Assembly (NCBI GenBank): GCA_041674705.1
Contig: JBAYVF010000004.1
Span: 38,516 to 102,515, forward strand
Direction of reading: 5' to 3'
Origin: Candidatus Omnitrophota bacterium
Lineage (GTDB): Bacteria > Omnitrophota > Omnitrophia > Omnitrophales > Aquincolibacteriaceae
Length of the DNA: 64,000 nt
In this document: positions 52,253 to 62,104 of the stretch, piece after piece
How the letters are laid out: the number at the start of each line of letters is the position of its first letter
Numbering within the stretch: position 1 is the first letter of the stretch
Notes under the pieces: generated by a model
Seen by the model: the letters and a program-made list of their open reading frames with translations, nothing else
Told to the model about the DNA's origin: nothing
The model's database searches: none
Program-made: the position numbers and the translations under genes

Positions 52253-54829
52253 TTGATCAGCTCGGGAGTCAAAGGTCTCGATAAAGTAACCACAGGATTG
52301 CGCCTCGGCGATAATGTTGTTTGGCAGGTCGACGCGATCCACCATTACGCGGAATTTGTCGCCCCCTTCGTCCAAAAAGCCCTCGAAGAAAAAAGAAAAC
52401 TTGTCTATATCCGCTTTGCCAATCATGAGCCTCTCCTGAAGGAAGACAAGAACATCACCGTCTACAAGCTCGACCCGCATATGGGCTTCGAGCCTTTTTC
52501 CGCCGCGATCAACAGTATCGCGAAAAAAGAAGGCGAAGGCGTTTTTTATGTTTTTGACTGCCTCTCGGACCTGCTTTCGGCTTGGGCCAATGACCTCATG
52601 ATCGGGAATTTTTTCAAAATCACCTGTCCCTACCTTTATGAGTTGAACACGATCGCTTATTTTGCTCTTTTGCGAAGCCGGCATTCGTTCAAGACCGTCG
52701 CGCGTATCCGGGACACGACCCAGCTTTTGATCGATGTGTATTATTACCATGGGGATTGTTACATCCATCTCCTGAAGGTCTGGAACCGGTATTCGCCGAC
52801 GATGTTCTTGCCCCATGTCCGGCAGAAGGAAAAATTTATTCCCATCGCCAATAGCGCCGATACGGCCAAGGTCTTTTCCGAGATCTTCAAAAAAGGAGCC
52901 AAGAGCGCGAAGCGGAATCTGGATTACTGGGACCAGCTTTTCCTGAAGGCGGAAGACCTTGCAGGCAAAAAAAGCGGTTCTAAAGAAGTGAAAGAACAAA
53001 TGATGGATCAGTTGTGCCGGATCGTATTGGCCCGCGACGAAAAAATGCTGGCTCTGGCCAAGGAAAATTTTGGGTTGGAAGATCTCCTGAATATCAAGTC
53101 GAGGATGATTGGGACCGGGTTCATCGGAGGGAAGTCGGTGGGGATGCTGATCGCCCGGAGCATTTTGCAGAGAGAGAAATCTTTGGAGACGGAAAAACTT
53201 TTTGAGCCGCATGACTCTTTTTACATCGGTTCGGATGTCTTCTACACTTATATCGTAGAAAATGGCCTGTGGAAAGACCACATGGCGCAGAGGACTCCGG
53301 AAGGTTATTTGGAAGTGGCCGGAAAACTTCACGAGGAGTTGGTGCGAGGCACCTTTCCCGAAGAGATCAAGGACCAGTTCCTCCAGATGATCGAGTATTT
53401 CGGACAGTCGCCGATCATCGTTCGTTCCAGCAGTTTGCTCGAAGACAGTTACGGGAATGCCTTTGCCGGGAAATACGAAAGTGTTTTTCTCGTTAACCAG
53501 GGAACGCCCGATGAACGTTATGCGAAATTCGTCGAAGCCGTTCGCCGGATCTATGCTTCTACGATGAACCCCGACGCCTTGGCCTACCGGTTGCAGCGCG
53601 GATTGGATCAGATGGATGAGCAAATGGCGCTCCTGGTCCAGCGGGTCTCAGGCGCCTACCATCAGGACTATTTTTTCCCGGATGCCGCCGGCGTCGGGAT
53701 CTCGCAGAACGTTTTCGTCTGGAAAAGCGGCCTGGACCCTAAAGCCGGCATGTTGCGCTTGGTCTTAGGGTTAGGGACCCGAGCGGTCAATCGCGTGGAG
53801 GGGGATTACCCGCGGGTCGTGGCTTTGGATGAGCCGCTTCTCAAGGCTTATGCGGGGATGGCGGCAACCCAGAGGTTTTCGCAGCACGACGTGGATGTCT
53901 TGAACGTTAAAGAAAATACCCTGCAAACGATCTCTTTCAGGAAATTGCTGAAGGAGAAAGTAGAAATGCCTCTGGATCTCCTGGCGATCAAAGATCACGA
54001 GGTCGCGGAAAAATTGCAGGCGGCGGGGTCGGACGAGGAGCCCTGGATCATCACTTTCGACAAACTTGTTTCCGAAACAACGTTTGCCTCGATCATGCAA
54101 AAAATCCTCAAGGTCCTGGAAACAGCTTATGGATATCCCGTCGATATCGAATTCACGGTCAATTTCAAAAAGAACGGCGCGTTCCAGGTGAACCTGCTTC
54201 AATGCCGGCCGATGCAGACCAAGGGCTTGGGGCATCGCGTCAAGATCCCGAAAACGATTTCCAAAGACAAGGTTCTTTTCCAGTCGAAAGGAAACTTTCT
54301 GGGCGGGAACATTTTGCAGGCCATTGATAAGATCATTTACGTGGACCCGGAAGCCTATTGCGGGCTGGAAACTCAGTCGGAGCGTTATGATATTGCGCGC
54401 GTGGTCGGAGAGCTCAATCGCAAGATCGAGAGTAAGGAAAAAACGGCCGTCATGCTTTTGGGCCCCGGCCGGTGGGGGACCACCACGCCGTCTTTAGGGG
54501 TGCCGGTTTCTTTTGCCGAGATCAATCATATTACCGTTCTTGGAGAGATCGCGTTTGTGACGGAGAATGCATCTCCCGAGATCTCCTTCGGGACCCATTT
54601 CTTTCAGGATCTTGTGGAGACGGGGATCTTCTACGTAGCGCTTTTCCCGGGTGATTCAGGCGTTTCGATGGATCAGAAATTTTTCGATGCGATCCCCAAG
54701 ACGCTGAAGAAGCTGGCGCCGGAATACAAAAAATATGAGCACGTGGTCAAGGTATTCGACGTGAAGAAGAACGACCTCAAGATCGCGGCAGACATCCTTT
54801 CTCAAAAAGTCGTCTGCTACTTTGGGTAA
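52253..54829 (+). CDS. Hypothetical 858-aa fusion protein: Walker-A-less KaiC/RecA-like N-terminal domain plus PEP-utilising-enzyme N-terminal (PPDK_N, ATP-grasp-like) nucleotide-binding domain plus uncharacterised C-terminal region
   Basis: N-terminal ISSGVKGLDKVTTGLRLGDNVVWQVD matches the KaiC-type I-x-TG-x-GLD-x-L-GG-L pattern but has no GKT. Middle region has GFIGGKSVGMLIA and IIVRSSSLLEDSYGNAFAGKYESV, matching PPDK_N/PEP synthase motifs. TTG start with AAGGAG Shine-Dalgarno 13 nt after the carB stop. Confidence 0.55.
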   Translation: MISSGVKGLDKVTTGLRLGDNVVWQVDAIHHYAEFVAPFVQKALEEKRKLVYIRFANHEPLLKEDKNITVYKLDPHMGFEPFSAAINSIAKKEGEGVFYVFDCLSDLLSAWANDLMIGNFFKITCPYLYELNTIAYFALLRSRHSFKTVARIRDTTQLLIDVYYYHGDCYIHLLKVWNRYSPTMFLPHVRQKEKFIPIANSADTAKVFSEIFKKGAKSAKRNLDYWDQLFLKAEDLAGKKSGSKEVKEQMMDQLCRIVLARDEKMLALAKENFGLEDLLNIKSRMIGTGFIGGKSVGMLIARSILQREKSLETEKLFEPHDSFYIGSDVFYTYIVENGLWKDHMAQRTPEGYLEVAGKLHEELVRGTFPEEIKDQFLQMIEYFGQSPIIVRSSSLLEDSYGNAFAGKYESVFLVNQGTPDERYAKFVEAVRRIYASTMNPDALAYRLQRGLDQMDEQMALLVQRVSGAYHQDYFFPDAAGVGISQNVFVWKSGLDPKAGMLRLVLGLGTRAVNRVEGDYPRVVALDEPLLKAYAGMAATQRFSQHDVDVLNVKENTLQTISFRKLLKEKVEMPLDLLAIKDHEVAEKLQAAGSDEEPWIITFDKLVSETTFASIMQKILKVLETAYGYPVDIEFTVNFKKNGAFQVNLLQCRPMQTKGLGHRVKIPKTISKDKVLFQSKGNFLGGNILQAIDKIIYVDPEAYCGLETQSERYDIARVVGELNRKIESKEKTAVMLLGPGRWGTTTPSLGVPVSFAEINHITVLGEIAFVTENASPEISFGTHFFQDLVETGIFYVALFPGDSGVSMDQKFFDAIPKTLKKLAPEYKKYEHVVKVFDVKKNDLKIAADILSQKVVCYFG

Positions 54830-54869
54830 TCCGCAATTCCACAGACCTATTCCTTAGGTTTTTTTGAAG

Positions 54870-55142
54870 ACAATCCCAATGCGAAGAGGCGCGCTCGCGA
54901 GACGGAACGGGCACGGTGGCGAACAGGAATCGCCTCTCGACACCGGCTGTTCACTCGCTCCTGCGGCGAGTGCCAGCCTGCGCTCTCGCTGATGGGACCT
55001 GCCCAGCTGAGCAGGACCAAGCTCCCATCAGCTCCGAGAGCTGTCTCGATGCGATTCCTGTCCGCCGAGTGAAGTCGAGCGCGCGAGCGAAGATCGCCTC
55101 GCTGGGGCGATCTGAGTGGTGACGAAGCGCATTGGGATTGTT
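54870..55142. repeat. 273-bp foldback (long imperfect palindrome) element with 14-bp terminal inverted repeats ACAATCCCAATGCG/CGCATTGGGATTGT
   Basis: Terminal repeats at 54870-54883 and 55129-55142. Internal arms are also mutually complementary (GCGATTCCTGT..CGCC on both sides, GCTGATGGGA/TCCCATCAGC around the centre). Confidence 0.6.
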
Positions 55143-55374
55143 AAGTGACTAACCATGAGATGAAAGGCCAGGCCGATTTTCGGACAGCACTTGCCCTCTT
55201 CTGATAAAAATATAAGGTTGGCAAGTACAGTCCTTGTCTCGCATTTCATTTCCACAAAGGTTGACAAGGACAGCCCCAATCTCAGCTCAGCTGAGATTGA
55301 TTGGTATTGGGACAGTCCAAATCAACATTTAAAAACATAAGATAAGAGTTTGGACTGGCGTTACCGGAGTTTCG

Positions 55375-55770
55375 ATGTTAAATTACCCTCCTATGCAAAG
55401 ACCCACTAAAACATTCATCACACTTTTTGTCCTGCTCGCTTTTGCCTGTCCTTTAATGGCCGCGGAAGTGGCCCCGGAGGCCACGATCCAGGAAGAAGGA
55501 ACGATGTTGCGCAAAGCACAACGCGGGTTTCTTAATATCGCGCTTTGTCCCTTCGAGATATCCAATGAGCTTTCCAAAGAAGTCCGCAATGACACACTCC
55601 CTCCGAGTTGGTTTGCAGGATTAGGGCGCGGCGCTTTTTACATGGTAGGACGTGCTTTGGTGGGGGTTTATGAAGTGGTGACTTTCCCGATCCCTTATCC
55701 GGCAAAGTACAAACCGGTCATCCAGCCGGAATTCCCCTGGCAGCTCGCGAAAGAGAAGCCTAATTTTTAA
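55375..55770 (+). CDS. Hypothetical secreted protein (signal peptide)
   Basis: TFITLFVLLAFACPLMAAEVAP signal sequence. 131 aa. No confident family. Confidence 0.5.
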   Translation: MLNYPPMQRPTKTFITLFVLLAFACPLMAAEVAPEATIQEEGTMLRKAQRGFLNIALCPFEISNELSKEVRNDTLPPSWFAGLGRGAFYMVGRALVGVYEVVTFPIPYPAKYKPVIQPEFPWQLAKEKPNF

Positions 55771-55779
55771 GCAGCAACC

Positions 55780-56919
55780 TTAGTTATTTCTTCCCAGAAA
55801 GTTGCAAACTTCCTTCGCGGCTCGCGCGCTTGCGCCTTTTTCTCCAAGTTTCTCTCTCACCTGACGGAACTCCTCTTTCATCTTCTGCTGCAATTCCGGG
55901 GTTTGGAGAAAGAACTTGGCTTCATGGGCAAGCGTTTCGGGGTGGGCGTCTTGCTGAATGAATTCAGGGACAACCTTGTCGTCGGCGAGGAGATTGACGA
56001 GTCCGAGGTAGGGGACTTTAATGAGGTGTTTGCCGAGAAGGTAGGTTGACCAGCTCGCTTTATAGAGAAGAAAGAAAGGCGTTCCGATGAGCGCTGTTTC
56101 AAGCGTTGCGGTGCCGGAAGCCACATAGGCAAAGTCCATGGCCTTCACAAGCTCATAAAAAGGAACAGCAGGACAAGTCACCTTCACGCCGGATGCCGCG
56201 ACGATTTCATCATACACAACCGACGGCACATTGGCAGATTTTGAAAGAAAAAAAGCGGTTTCCGGAAGATCTTTTTGAAGATAAGCCGCGGCCCGGAGCA
56301 TGATGGGGAGAATGCGTTTGACCTCTTTTTCCCGTGAACCTGAAAAAAGGCCAATCGCTTTTTGTTTCGGAGTGATCCCGATCTTGGCACGTAGTATCGC
56401 GGCTTCCGGAAGCTCCGGGATCGCGTCGAGCAGGGGATGGCCGACGAATTTGACCGCCACGCCTTCCTCTTCGTAAAAATCCTTCTCAAATGGCAGGATC
56501 ACGAGCATTTCCTGAATGTGCTTGCGCACGATATGGATCCGGCGTTTTCCCCAGGCCCAGAGCTGCGGGGAGATGTAATAAAGGACGGGGGCGGCCTTCG
56601 GGAGCTTTTTCGCGAGACGAAGGTTGAAGGCCGGAGAGTCGATCAGAATAATGGCATCTGGCTTTTCTCTTCGGATATTAGCGAGCGTTTCGTTGAAGAT
56701 CTTCAGGTATTTGAAATAATTCCGGAGCACGTCGCCCAGGCCCAGCGCAGAGATCTTTGTCATATCGTGAAAAACCTGCATCCCAGCGGCTTGCATCTTG
56801 GCGCCGCCGACACCACAGAACTGAGTCCCGGGCATGAGCCTTTGGATTTCGGAAATAAGATGAGCGCCGTGGAGATCGCCCGAGGCTTCGCAGGCCACTA
56901 GAAAAATTTTATGGGTCAT
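55780..56919 (-). CDS. lpxB: Lipid-A-disaccharide synthase
   Basis: GT-B glycosyltransferase with N-terminus MTHKIFLVACEASGDLHGAHLI. Start moved from 56985 to 56919. Confidence 0.85.
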   Translation of the reverse strand: MTHKIFLVACEASGDLHGAHLISEIQRLMPGTQFCGVGGAKMQAAGMQVFHDMTKISALGLGDVLRNYFKYLKIFNETLANIRREKPDAIILIDSPAFNLRLAKKLPKAAPVLYYISPQLWAWGKRRIHIVRKHIQEMLVILPFEKDFYEEEGVAVKFVGHPLLDAIPELPEAAILRAKIGITPKQKAIGLFSGSREKEVKRILPIMLRAAAYLQKDLPETAFFLSKSANVPSVVYDEIVAASGVKVTCPAVPFYELVKAMDFAYVASGTATLETALIGTPFFLLYKASWSTYLLGKHLIKVPYLGLVNLLADDKVVPEFIQQDAHPETLAHEAKFFLQTPELQQKMKEEFRQVREKLGEKGASARAAKEVCNFLGRNN

Positions 56920-57022
56920 AAAATTTTTAAATAACCAATAACCAAGAGACAAATCCCAAGCAAATTCAAAGAACCAATCTCCCAATCACGAATTTGGTTA
57001 TTGAGTTTTGGTTCTTGTTTGG

Positions 57023-58009
57023 TCATTGGATCTTGGAATTTGGAGATTGAAGCGAAGCGCTGGGTTTAGGGTGGTTTTTCTGGATGACTTCGGCGATCTT
57101 GAGGGCGATCGCGAGGGCGTTGCGGGCCGCGACATCGGGTTTTCCGATGCTTGTCCCAGTGCTGATCCCGTTCAGGAAGGATTTCAGCTCTTCCTTGAGA
57201 GGCTCGGCCTTTTCGATCGAGATGTCTTCCTGGAGGACCTCGTTCCCGGTCTTGCGGATGATCTTGCCGGTCTGAGCGCCGTAATCCAGGGAAATATAGG
57301 CGTCTTCCTGGAAGATGCGGATCTTACGCTGTTTTTCGAAAGTAAGCCGCGACGCGGTGATGTTCGCGATCGTTCCGTTCTTGAATTTGAGGCGGACATT
57401 CGCGATATCTTCAAAAGGGGTCAGGACATTCACTCCGATCGCGTCGAAATGTTCGAAGGGGGAGTCCACGAGCCCCAACACAATATCAAGATCATGGATC
57501 ATCAGGTCCAGCACGACGCCGCAGTCGTTGATCCTTCCCGTGAAGGGTCCGAGGCGGTGGATCTCGAGGAACCGGATATTTTTTGCGATCTCCCGGACGC
57601 GTTTGAAAGCGGGATTGTGGCGTTCGATGTGACCGACCTGGAGGGTGCAGGAATGCTTCCGGGAAAGTTTGATCAGTTCATCCGCTTCGCGGAGCCGCAG
57701 CGTAATGGGTTTTTCGACCAGGACGTGGATGCCGGCTTTTAGGAACTCTTTGGCGACCGCGTAATGAGTCGAGGTGGGGGTGGCGATACTCACGGCATCG
57801 ACTTTTCCGATGAGATCCCGGAAATCCTTGTAATAGACGGTTCCGAGCTCTTTGGCCTTGTCCTCCTTGGCAGGATCCAGGTCCGAGATCCCGACCAATT
57901 CCGCCTCAGAGAGGTCGCGATAGATCCTGGCATGTTCCTTGCCCAGGTGTCCTACGCCAACCACGCCAACTTTAAGAGGTTTTGTCACTTTAAATCCTTC
58001 AGGCTGCAT
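57023..58009 (-). CDS. Gfo/Idh/MocA family NAD(P)-dependent oxidoreductase (lipid A cluster; GnnA-like candidate)
   Basis: Rossmann N-terminus KVGVVGVGHLGKEHARIY. Placed between lpxB and msbA. Confidence 0.75.
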   Translation of the reverse strand: MQPEGFKVTKPLKVGVVGVGHLGKEHARIYRDLSEAELVGISDLDPAKEDKAKELGTVYYKDFRDLIGKVDAVSIATPTSTHYAVAKEFLKAGIHVLVEKPITLRLREADELIKLSRKHSCTLQVGHIERHNPAFKRVREIAKNIRFLEIHRLGPFTGRINDCGVVLDLMIHDLDIVLGLVDSPFEHFDAIGVNVLTPFEDIANVRLKFKNGTIANITASRLTFEKQRKIRIFQEDAYISLDYGAQTGKIIRKTGNEVLQEDISIEKAEPLKEELKSFLNGISTGTSIGKPDVAARNALAIALKIAEVIQKNHPKPSASLQSPNSKIQ

Positions 58010-58177
58010 GAGTTATCGAGAGGAAAACGATGTTCAGAAGCTTAAATCATAACCTTGAGCAGTGTCAACGGATATGTTACAGTGTGGCCTCAAACCGTAC
58101 AGCGTTTCGCGTACGGAGTACGGCGAAGGGTATTCCCTAATACGCCGTACGCCTTACTCCTTACTCGGAGATTTTTC

Positions 58178-59941
58178 ATGGACATCTATAAACGACTACT
58201 GGGTTATGTAAAGCCGTACCGCGGGCGTCTTGCCATCGCTTTTCTGTGCATGCTCGCGTTTTCGATGGCCAACGCTCTTGTCTCGGTCGCGCTCTATGTG
58301 ATCACAAAAGGGTTCTTTCAGAAGAGCCAGGTTGTCGTGGATAAAATTCCTTTTCTCTCCAAGTATTTCCCGCAACTGACCTCCGTCGCTTTGCCCATGA
58401 TCTGGATCCCCGTTATTCTGATCGGTGTGTTTGCTTTGCGCGGTTTTTTTGATTATATATCGAACTACAATATGGCCAATGTGGGGATCCTTGTGGTTCG
58501 CAAGGTCCGGGACGATCTTTATCGCCACCTGGTCTATCTTTCCCATGATTTTTATGCGAAGGGCCGTACCGGAGATTTTCTTTCTCGCATCACGAACGAT
58601 GTCGGTCAGATCCAGGGCGCGGTCACGGACGTGATCACCGACCTTATCAAGCAACCTTTGGTCATTCTTTTCAACATCCCCTTTATTTTTATTTGGGGCG
58701 GGAAATTTGCGCTTATTGCAATCGTGATCTTTCCGCTTGTGGCGATTCCGATCGTGCTTTTGGGTAAGCAGCTTCGCAAGCTGACGAAGAAGATGCAGGA
58801 GCGAACCGGGGACATCACCTCCTTTATCGGTGAGACTCTGTCCGGGGCCCATATTGTGAAGTCCTTCACCAGCGAAGAAAGAGAGATCCGTCGTTTTGAA
58901 GAGATCAATAATAGCGTTTTCAATTATTTTAGAAAGACTATCAAGATTACGATCATCCAGCGGCCTCTGATCGAGGTGATCGGCGCGATCGGCGCTGCGT
59001 TCGCGGTATGGTATGGAATGCAGTACCTGTCACCGGAGCGTTTTGCGGCTTTTTTTATTTCGCTTTATATTTGTTACGAACCTCTCAAAAAAATCAGCAG
59101 GGTGAATAGCACGATCCAGCAGTCGATCGCCTCCGGCCAGCGCATCTTCGAAGTGCTGGATTCCAAACCCACGATCCATAACAAACCCGGCGCCCACGTC
59201 TTTTCGGAGCCGGTCCATGAGATCAGCTATGAACACGTGGGTTTCTATTATGAATTCGATAAATGGGTGCTCAAGGATATTGAGATCAAGGCCAAGCACA
59301 ATGAAGTGATCGCCTTTGTGGGCGCAAGCGGTTCGGGAAAGACCACGCTCGTGAGTTTACTTCTTCGCTTTTATGATCCCGTGGAAGGTGCGATCAAGAT
59401 CAATGGCAAGGATATCCGGGATCTGTCGCTGAATTCTTTGCGAGGTTTGATCGGGATCGTGTCGCAGGAGACCGTGCTTTTTAATTGTACGATCCGGGAG
59501 AATATCGCCTATGGGCGTCCGGATGCGAGCCTGGAAGATGTCAAACGAGCGGCCGGGATCGCGTACGCTGATCATTTCATCGAAGCCCTTCCGAAAGGTT
59601 ACGACACTCCGCTCGGGGACCGGGGGCTCAAGCTTTCCGGCGGCGAGCGCCAGCGCATTGCGATCGCCCGCGCGCTTCTCAAAGATCCGCCGATCCTGAT
59701 CCTCGATGAAGCGACTTCACACCTCGACACGCAAAGCGAAAAAGAAGTCCAGGGCGCTTTGGAAAATCTCATGAAAGCCCGCACCGTGCTTGTGATCGCT
59801 CATCGCCTTTCCACCATCCAGAAAGCGGACCGTATCCTCGTGATGGATAAAGGCAAGATCGTCCAGCAGGGAACGAATGAGTTTCTTCTGCGATTGGGCG
59901 GGATGTACAAAAAACTCTACGACCTGCAGTTCAATCTTTAA
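58178..59941 (+). CDS. msbA: Lipid A export ABC transporter, fused permease/ATPase (MsbA-like)
   Basis: 6-TM domain plus NBD with Walker A GASGSGKTT, signature LSGGERQR and Walker B ILILDEATS. Start moved to MDIYKRLLGYV with GGAG Shine-Dalgarno. Confidence 0.8.
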   Translation: MDIYKRLLGYVKPYRGRLAIAFLCMLAFSMANALVSVALYVITKGFFQKSQVVVDKIPFLSKYFPQLTSVALPMIWIPVILIGVFALRGFFDYISNYNMANVGILVVRKVRDDLYRHLVYLSHDFYAKGRTGDFLSRITNDVGQIQGAVTDVITDLIKQPLVILFNIPFIFIWGGKFALIAIVIFPLVAIPIVLLGKQLRKLTKKMQERTGDITSFIGETLSGAHIVKSFTSEEREIRRFEEINNSVFNYFRKTIKITIIQRPLIEVIGAIGAAFAVWYGMQYLSPERFAAFFISLYICYEPLKKISRVNSTIQQSIASGQRIFEVLDSKPTIHNKPGAHVFSEPVHEISYEHVGFYYEFDKWVLKDIEIKAKHNEVIAFVGASGSGKTTLVSLLLRFYDPVEGAIKINGKDIRDLSLNSLRGLIGIVSQETVLFNCTIRENIAYGRPDASLEDVKRAAGIAYADHFIEALPKGYDTPLGDRGLKLSGGERQRIAIARALLKDPPILILDEATSHLDTQSEKEVQGALENLMKARTVLVIAHRLSTIQKADRILVMDKGKIVQQGTNEFLLRLGGMYKKLYDLQFNL

Positions 59942-60034
59942 TCAGGCTTTAGTCAGCAGACCACAGATCGCAGACAACAGACTGGAAGCGGTTGCGCCAG
60001 TCCCGGCAAGCTTAATGTGTTTAGAATATCCAAT

Positions 60035-60082
60035 AAAAAAGCCCCCGTGCTTTCTTGCAAAAGCAAGAACGGGGGCTTTTTT
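60035..60082. terminator. Bidirectional rho-independent terminator between msbA and the convergent minus-strand gene
   Basis: AAAAAAGCCCCCGT...ACGGGGGCTTTTTT with an inner CTTGC-aaaa-GCAAG. Confidence 0.7.
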
Positions 60083-60110
60083 GCTTTAGTTCGTGGTTAT
60101 TATAGCCTGA

Positions 60111-60539
60111 CTAGAACTTGAAGAGTTTGATCTTGGCGGCGTCGCCGGAACCTTTTTCGGCTTGTTCAATCTCGTAACTGTCATCTTTCGCGTAGCCGAG
60201 GGACGCGACCTTTTTAACGCCTTTAATGGTGTTATCGACGACCTTTTCCCCGGCCTGTTGCGTTCCGTCCAGGGTTCCAACGACGGGCTTTTCGCTCATG
60301 GTGCCGTGGGCCGTATCTCCGAGGGTGTCCTTGACGTTGTCATAGGTTACTTCTTTGATCCCCGTCGCAAAATTCTTCGCCGGATGGCGTTTTTCTTGGG
60401 CTTGTGTATCTTGATCCATCGCTTTTTGGACCTTTTCCTGCGCGCGAGCCTCTTGATCATACTGGTCCGGTTTTCGCGCCATGCCGACATTTGCCAGGGC
60501 AATGACAAGAACAAGGATAACGAGAATTCTCTTTTCCAT
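60111..60539 (-). CDS. Hypothetical secreted or membrane-anchored protein, Lys/Glu/Asp-rich
   Basis: N-terminal hydrophobic segment ILVILVLVIALANVGMA. 142 aa. No family match. Confidence 0.5.
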   Translation of the reverse strand: MEKRILVILVLVIALANVGMARKPDQYDQEARAQEKVQKAMDQDTQAQEKRHPAKNFATGIKEVTYDNVKDTLGDTAHGTMSEKPVVGTLDGTQQAGEKVVDNTIKGVKKVASLGYAKDDSYEIEQAEKGSGDAAKIKLFKF

Positions 60540-60625
60540 TTAGGGACCCCTTAGTTAGCTTATTTAGGAGAGCAAACAGGAATAGTATACATAAACGGGT
60601 TTTAAAGTAAATCCAAATGGAAAAC

Positions 60626-60690
60626 GGGACTCGTACCTCGGGACTCGTTTTGGTTCCTCGTTTTTACGAGTCCCTAGTCCCGAGTCCCGG
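60626..60690. repeat. REP-like GGGACTCG/CGAGTCCC element (copy 3)
   Basis: GGGACTCGTACCTCGGGACTCG...CGAGTCCCTAGTCCCGAGTCCCG, upstream of hom. Confidence 0.6.
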
Positions 60691-60803
60691 CTCTTCGGTT
60701 GGCGCCGAAGGGCTGTTTGATTTTTGCTTTGAGGTAAGTTATACTGCGCTGCCTTCGTTAAGGTTTGTCATCACTGAACTTAGGACATTTACTCAGGAGA
60801 AAT

Positions 60804-62099
60804 ATGAAAAAGATCAGAATCGGACTTCTCGGGTTGGGACAGATCGGTACCGGACTCTATGAGATCCTTACGGCGAAGAAAGCTCTATTCGCCCGTCAGC
60901 TCGGGGTGTCTTTTGAGCTCGCGCGGATCGCAGAAAAGTATCCCCAGCGGAATAAGAAGATTCGTCCTACGAAACACCTCATGACGAAAGACGCTTTCGC
61001 GGTAGTGCGGGATCCATCCATTGACGTCGTGGTCGAGCTGATTGGCGGTACGACGGTCGCCCGTCAACTCATCAAGGAAGCCCTCAGGAATGGCAAGCAT
61101 GTGGTGACCGCGAACAAGGCTCTTTTGGCCGAGCATGGCGATGAGATCTTTGAACTCGCGCACCGGATGAAACGCTGGCTTTGTTTTGAAGCGAGTGTGG
61201 GCGGCGGCATTCCGTGCATCAAGGCGCTTCGCGAAGGTCTTGTGTCCAACCGGATCGATTCGGTTCACGCCATTATCAACGGGACCACGAATTATATTTT
61301 GACCCAGATGACCGCCAAAGGTATGAGCTTCGCGGAAGCCTTGGCCGGCGCGCAAAAGTTGGGGTTTGCCGAGGCGAATCCTTTTCTGGATGTGAGTGGC
61401 CACGATGCCGCGCACAAGCTGGCGATCCTCGCGCGTTTCGCGTTCGGCGGGAAAGTGAAGTTCAAGGACATCTACTGCGAAGGGATCACCGAGATCTCAA
61501 GCGATGACATCGCCTTTGCCAAGGAATTCGGGTACACGATCAAACTTCTCGCGATCGCCAAGCGATCCGGGGCGGGGATGGAAGCGCGCGTTCAGCCGAC
61601 GCTTTTGCCGAACTCGCATATTCTCGCCAATGTGAATGGATCGTTCAACGCGATCCTGATGCGCGGCGACGAGGTGGGCGATGTGCTCTTTTACGGCCGC
61701 GGGGCGGGACCGCATCCGACCGCAAGCGCCGTGATCGCGGATCTGGTGGATATCGCCAAAGCCGGAGCCGCAGGGCCCGTCGAAGACCGGTTCATTGTCC
61801 GGGCGCTCGGGAAAACGATTCCGGTGAAAAGCATTTTTTCGATCCTGTCGCGTTACTACTTGAGGTTCTATGTAATCGATGAGCCCAGTGTGCTCGCGAA
61901 TATCTCGAAGATCCTCGGGAAATACAAGATCAGCATCTCGGATGTGATGCAGCGCGAGCGCAGCGCCGGTCGCGCGGTGCCGCTTATCCTTTTAACGCAT
62001 CATACGCACGAAAAAAATCTCCGGGCCGCCGTTCGCGAGATCGATCGTATGTCTTGCATCAAAGGAAGGACTCAGGTCATCCGGATGGAAGAGGCTTAA
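60804..62099 (+). CDS. hom: Homoserine dehydrogenase
   Basis: NAD-binding N-terminus [12 protein letters not shown] plus C-terminal ACT domain. Start moved to the ATG after the AGGAGA Shine-Dalgarno. Confidence 0.9.
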   Translation: MKKIRIGLLGLGQIGTGLYEILTAKKALFARQLGVSFELARIAEKYPQRNKKIRPTKHLMTKDAFAVVRDPSIDVVVELIGGTTVARQLIKEALRNGKHVVTANKALLAEHGDEIFELAHRMKRWLCFEASVGGGIPCIKALREGLVSNRIDSVHAIINGTTNYILTQMTAKGMSFAEALAGAQKLGFAEANPFLDVSGHDAAHKLAILARFAFGGKVKFKDIYCEGITEISSDDIAFAKEFGYTIKLLAIAKRSGAGMEARVQPTLLPNSHILANVNGSFNAILMRGDEVGDVLFYGRGAGPHPTASAVIADLVDIAKAGAAGPVEDRFIVRALGKTIPVKSIFSILSRYYLRFYVIDEPSVLANISKILGKYKISISDVMQRERSAGRAVPLILLTHHTHEKNLRAAVREIDRMSCIKGRTQVIRMEEA

Positions 62100-62104
62100 G
62101 CGCT

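Noticed and set aside
51923-53623. 566-aa minus-strand ORF
   Set aside because: It is antisense to the end of carB and the start of the KaiC-like/PPDK_N gene. The forward-strand genes carry clear conserved motifs.
54916-55279. Small ORFs (68 aa on the plus strand, 83 aa on the minus strand) inside the foldback element
   Set aside because: They lie within a near-palindromic repeat, so ORFs on both strands mirror each other. Neither has a Shine-Dalgarno nor a recognisable domain.
57008-57742. 244-aa plus-strand ORF
   Set aside because: It is antisense to the Gfo/Idh/MocA oxidoreductase, which has a clear Rossmann N-terminus on the minus strand.
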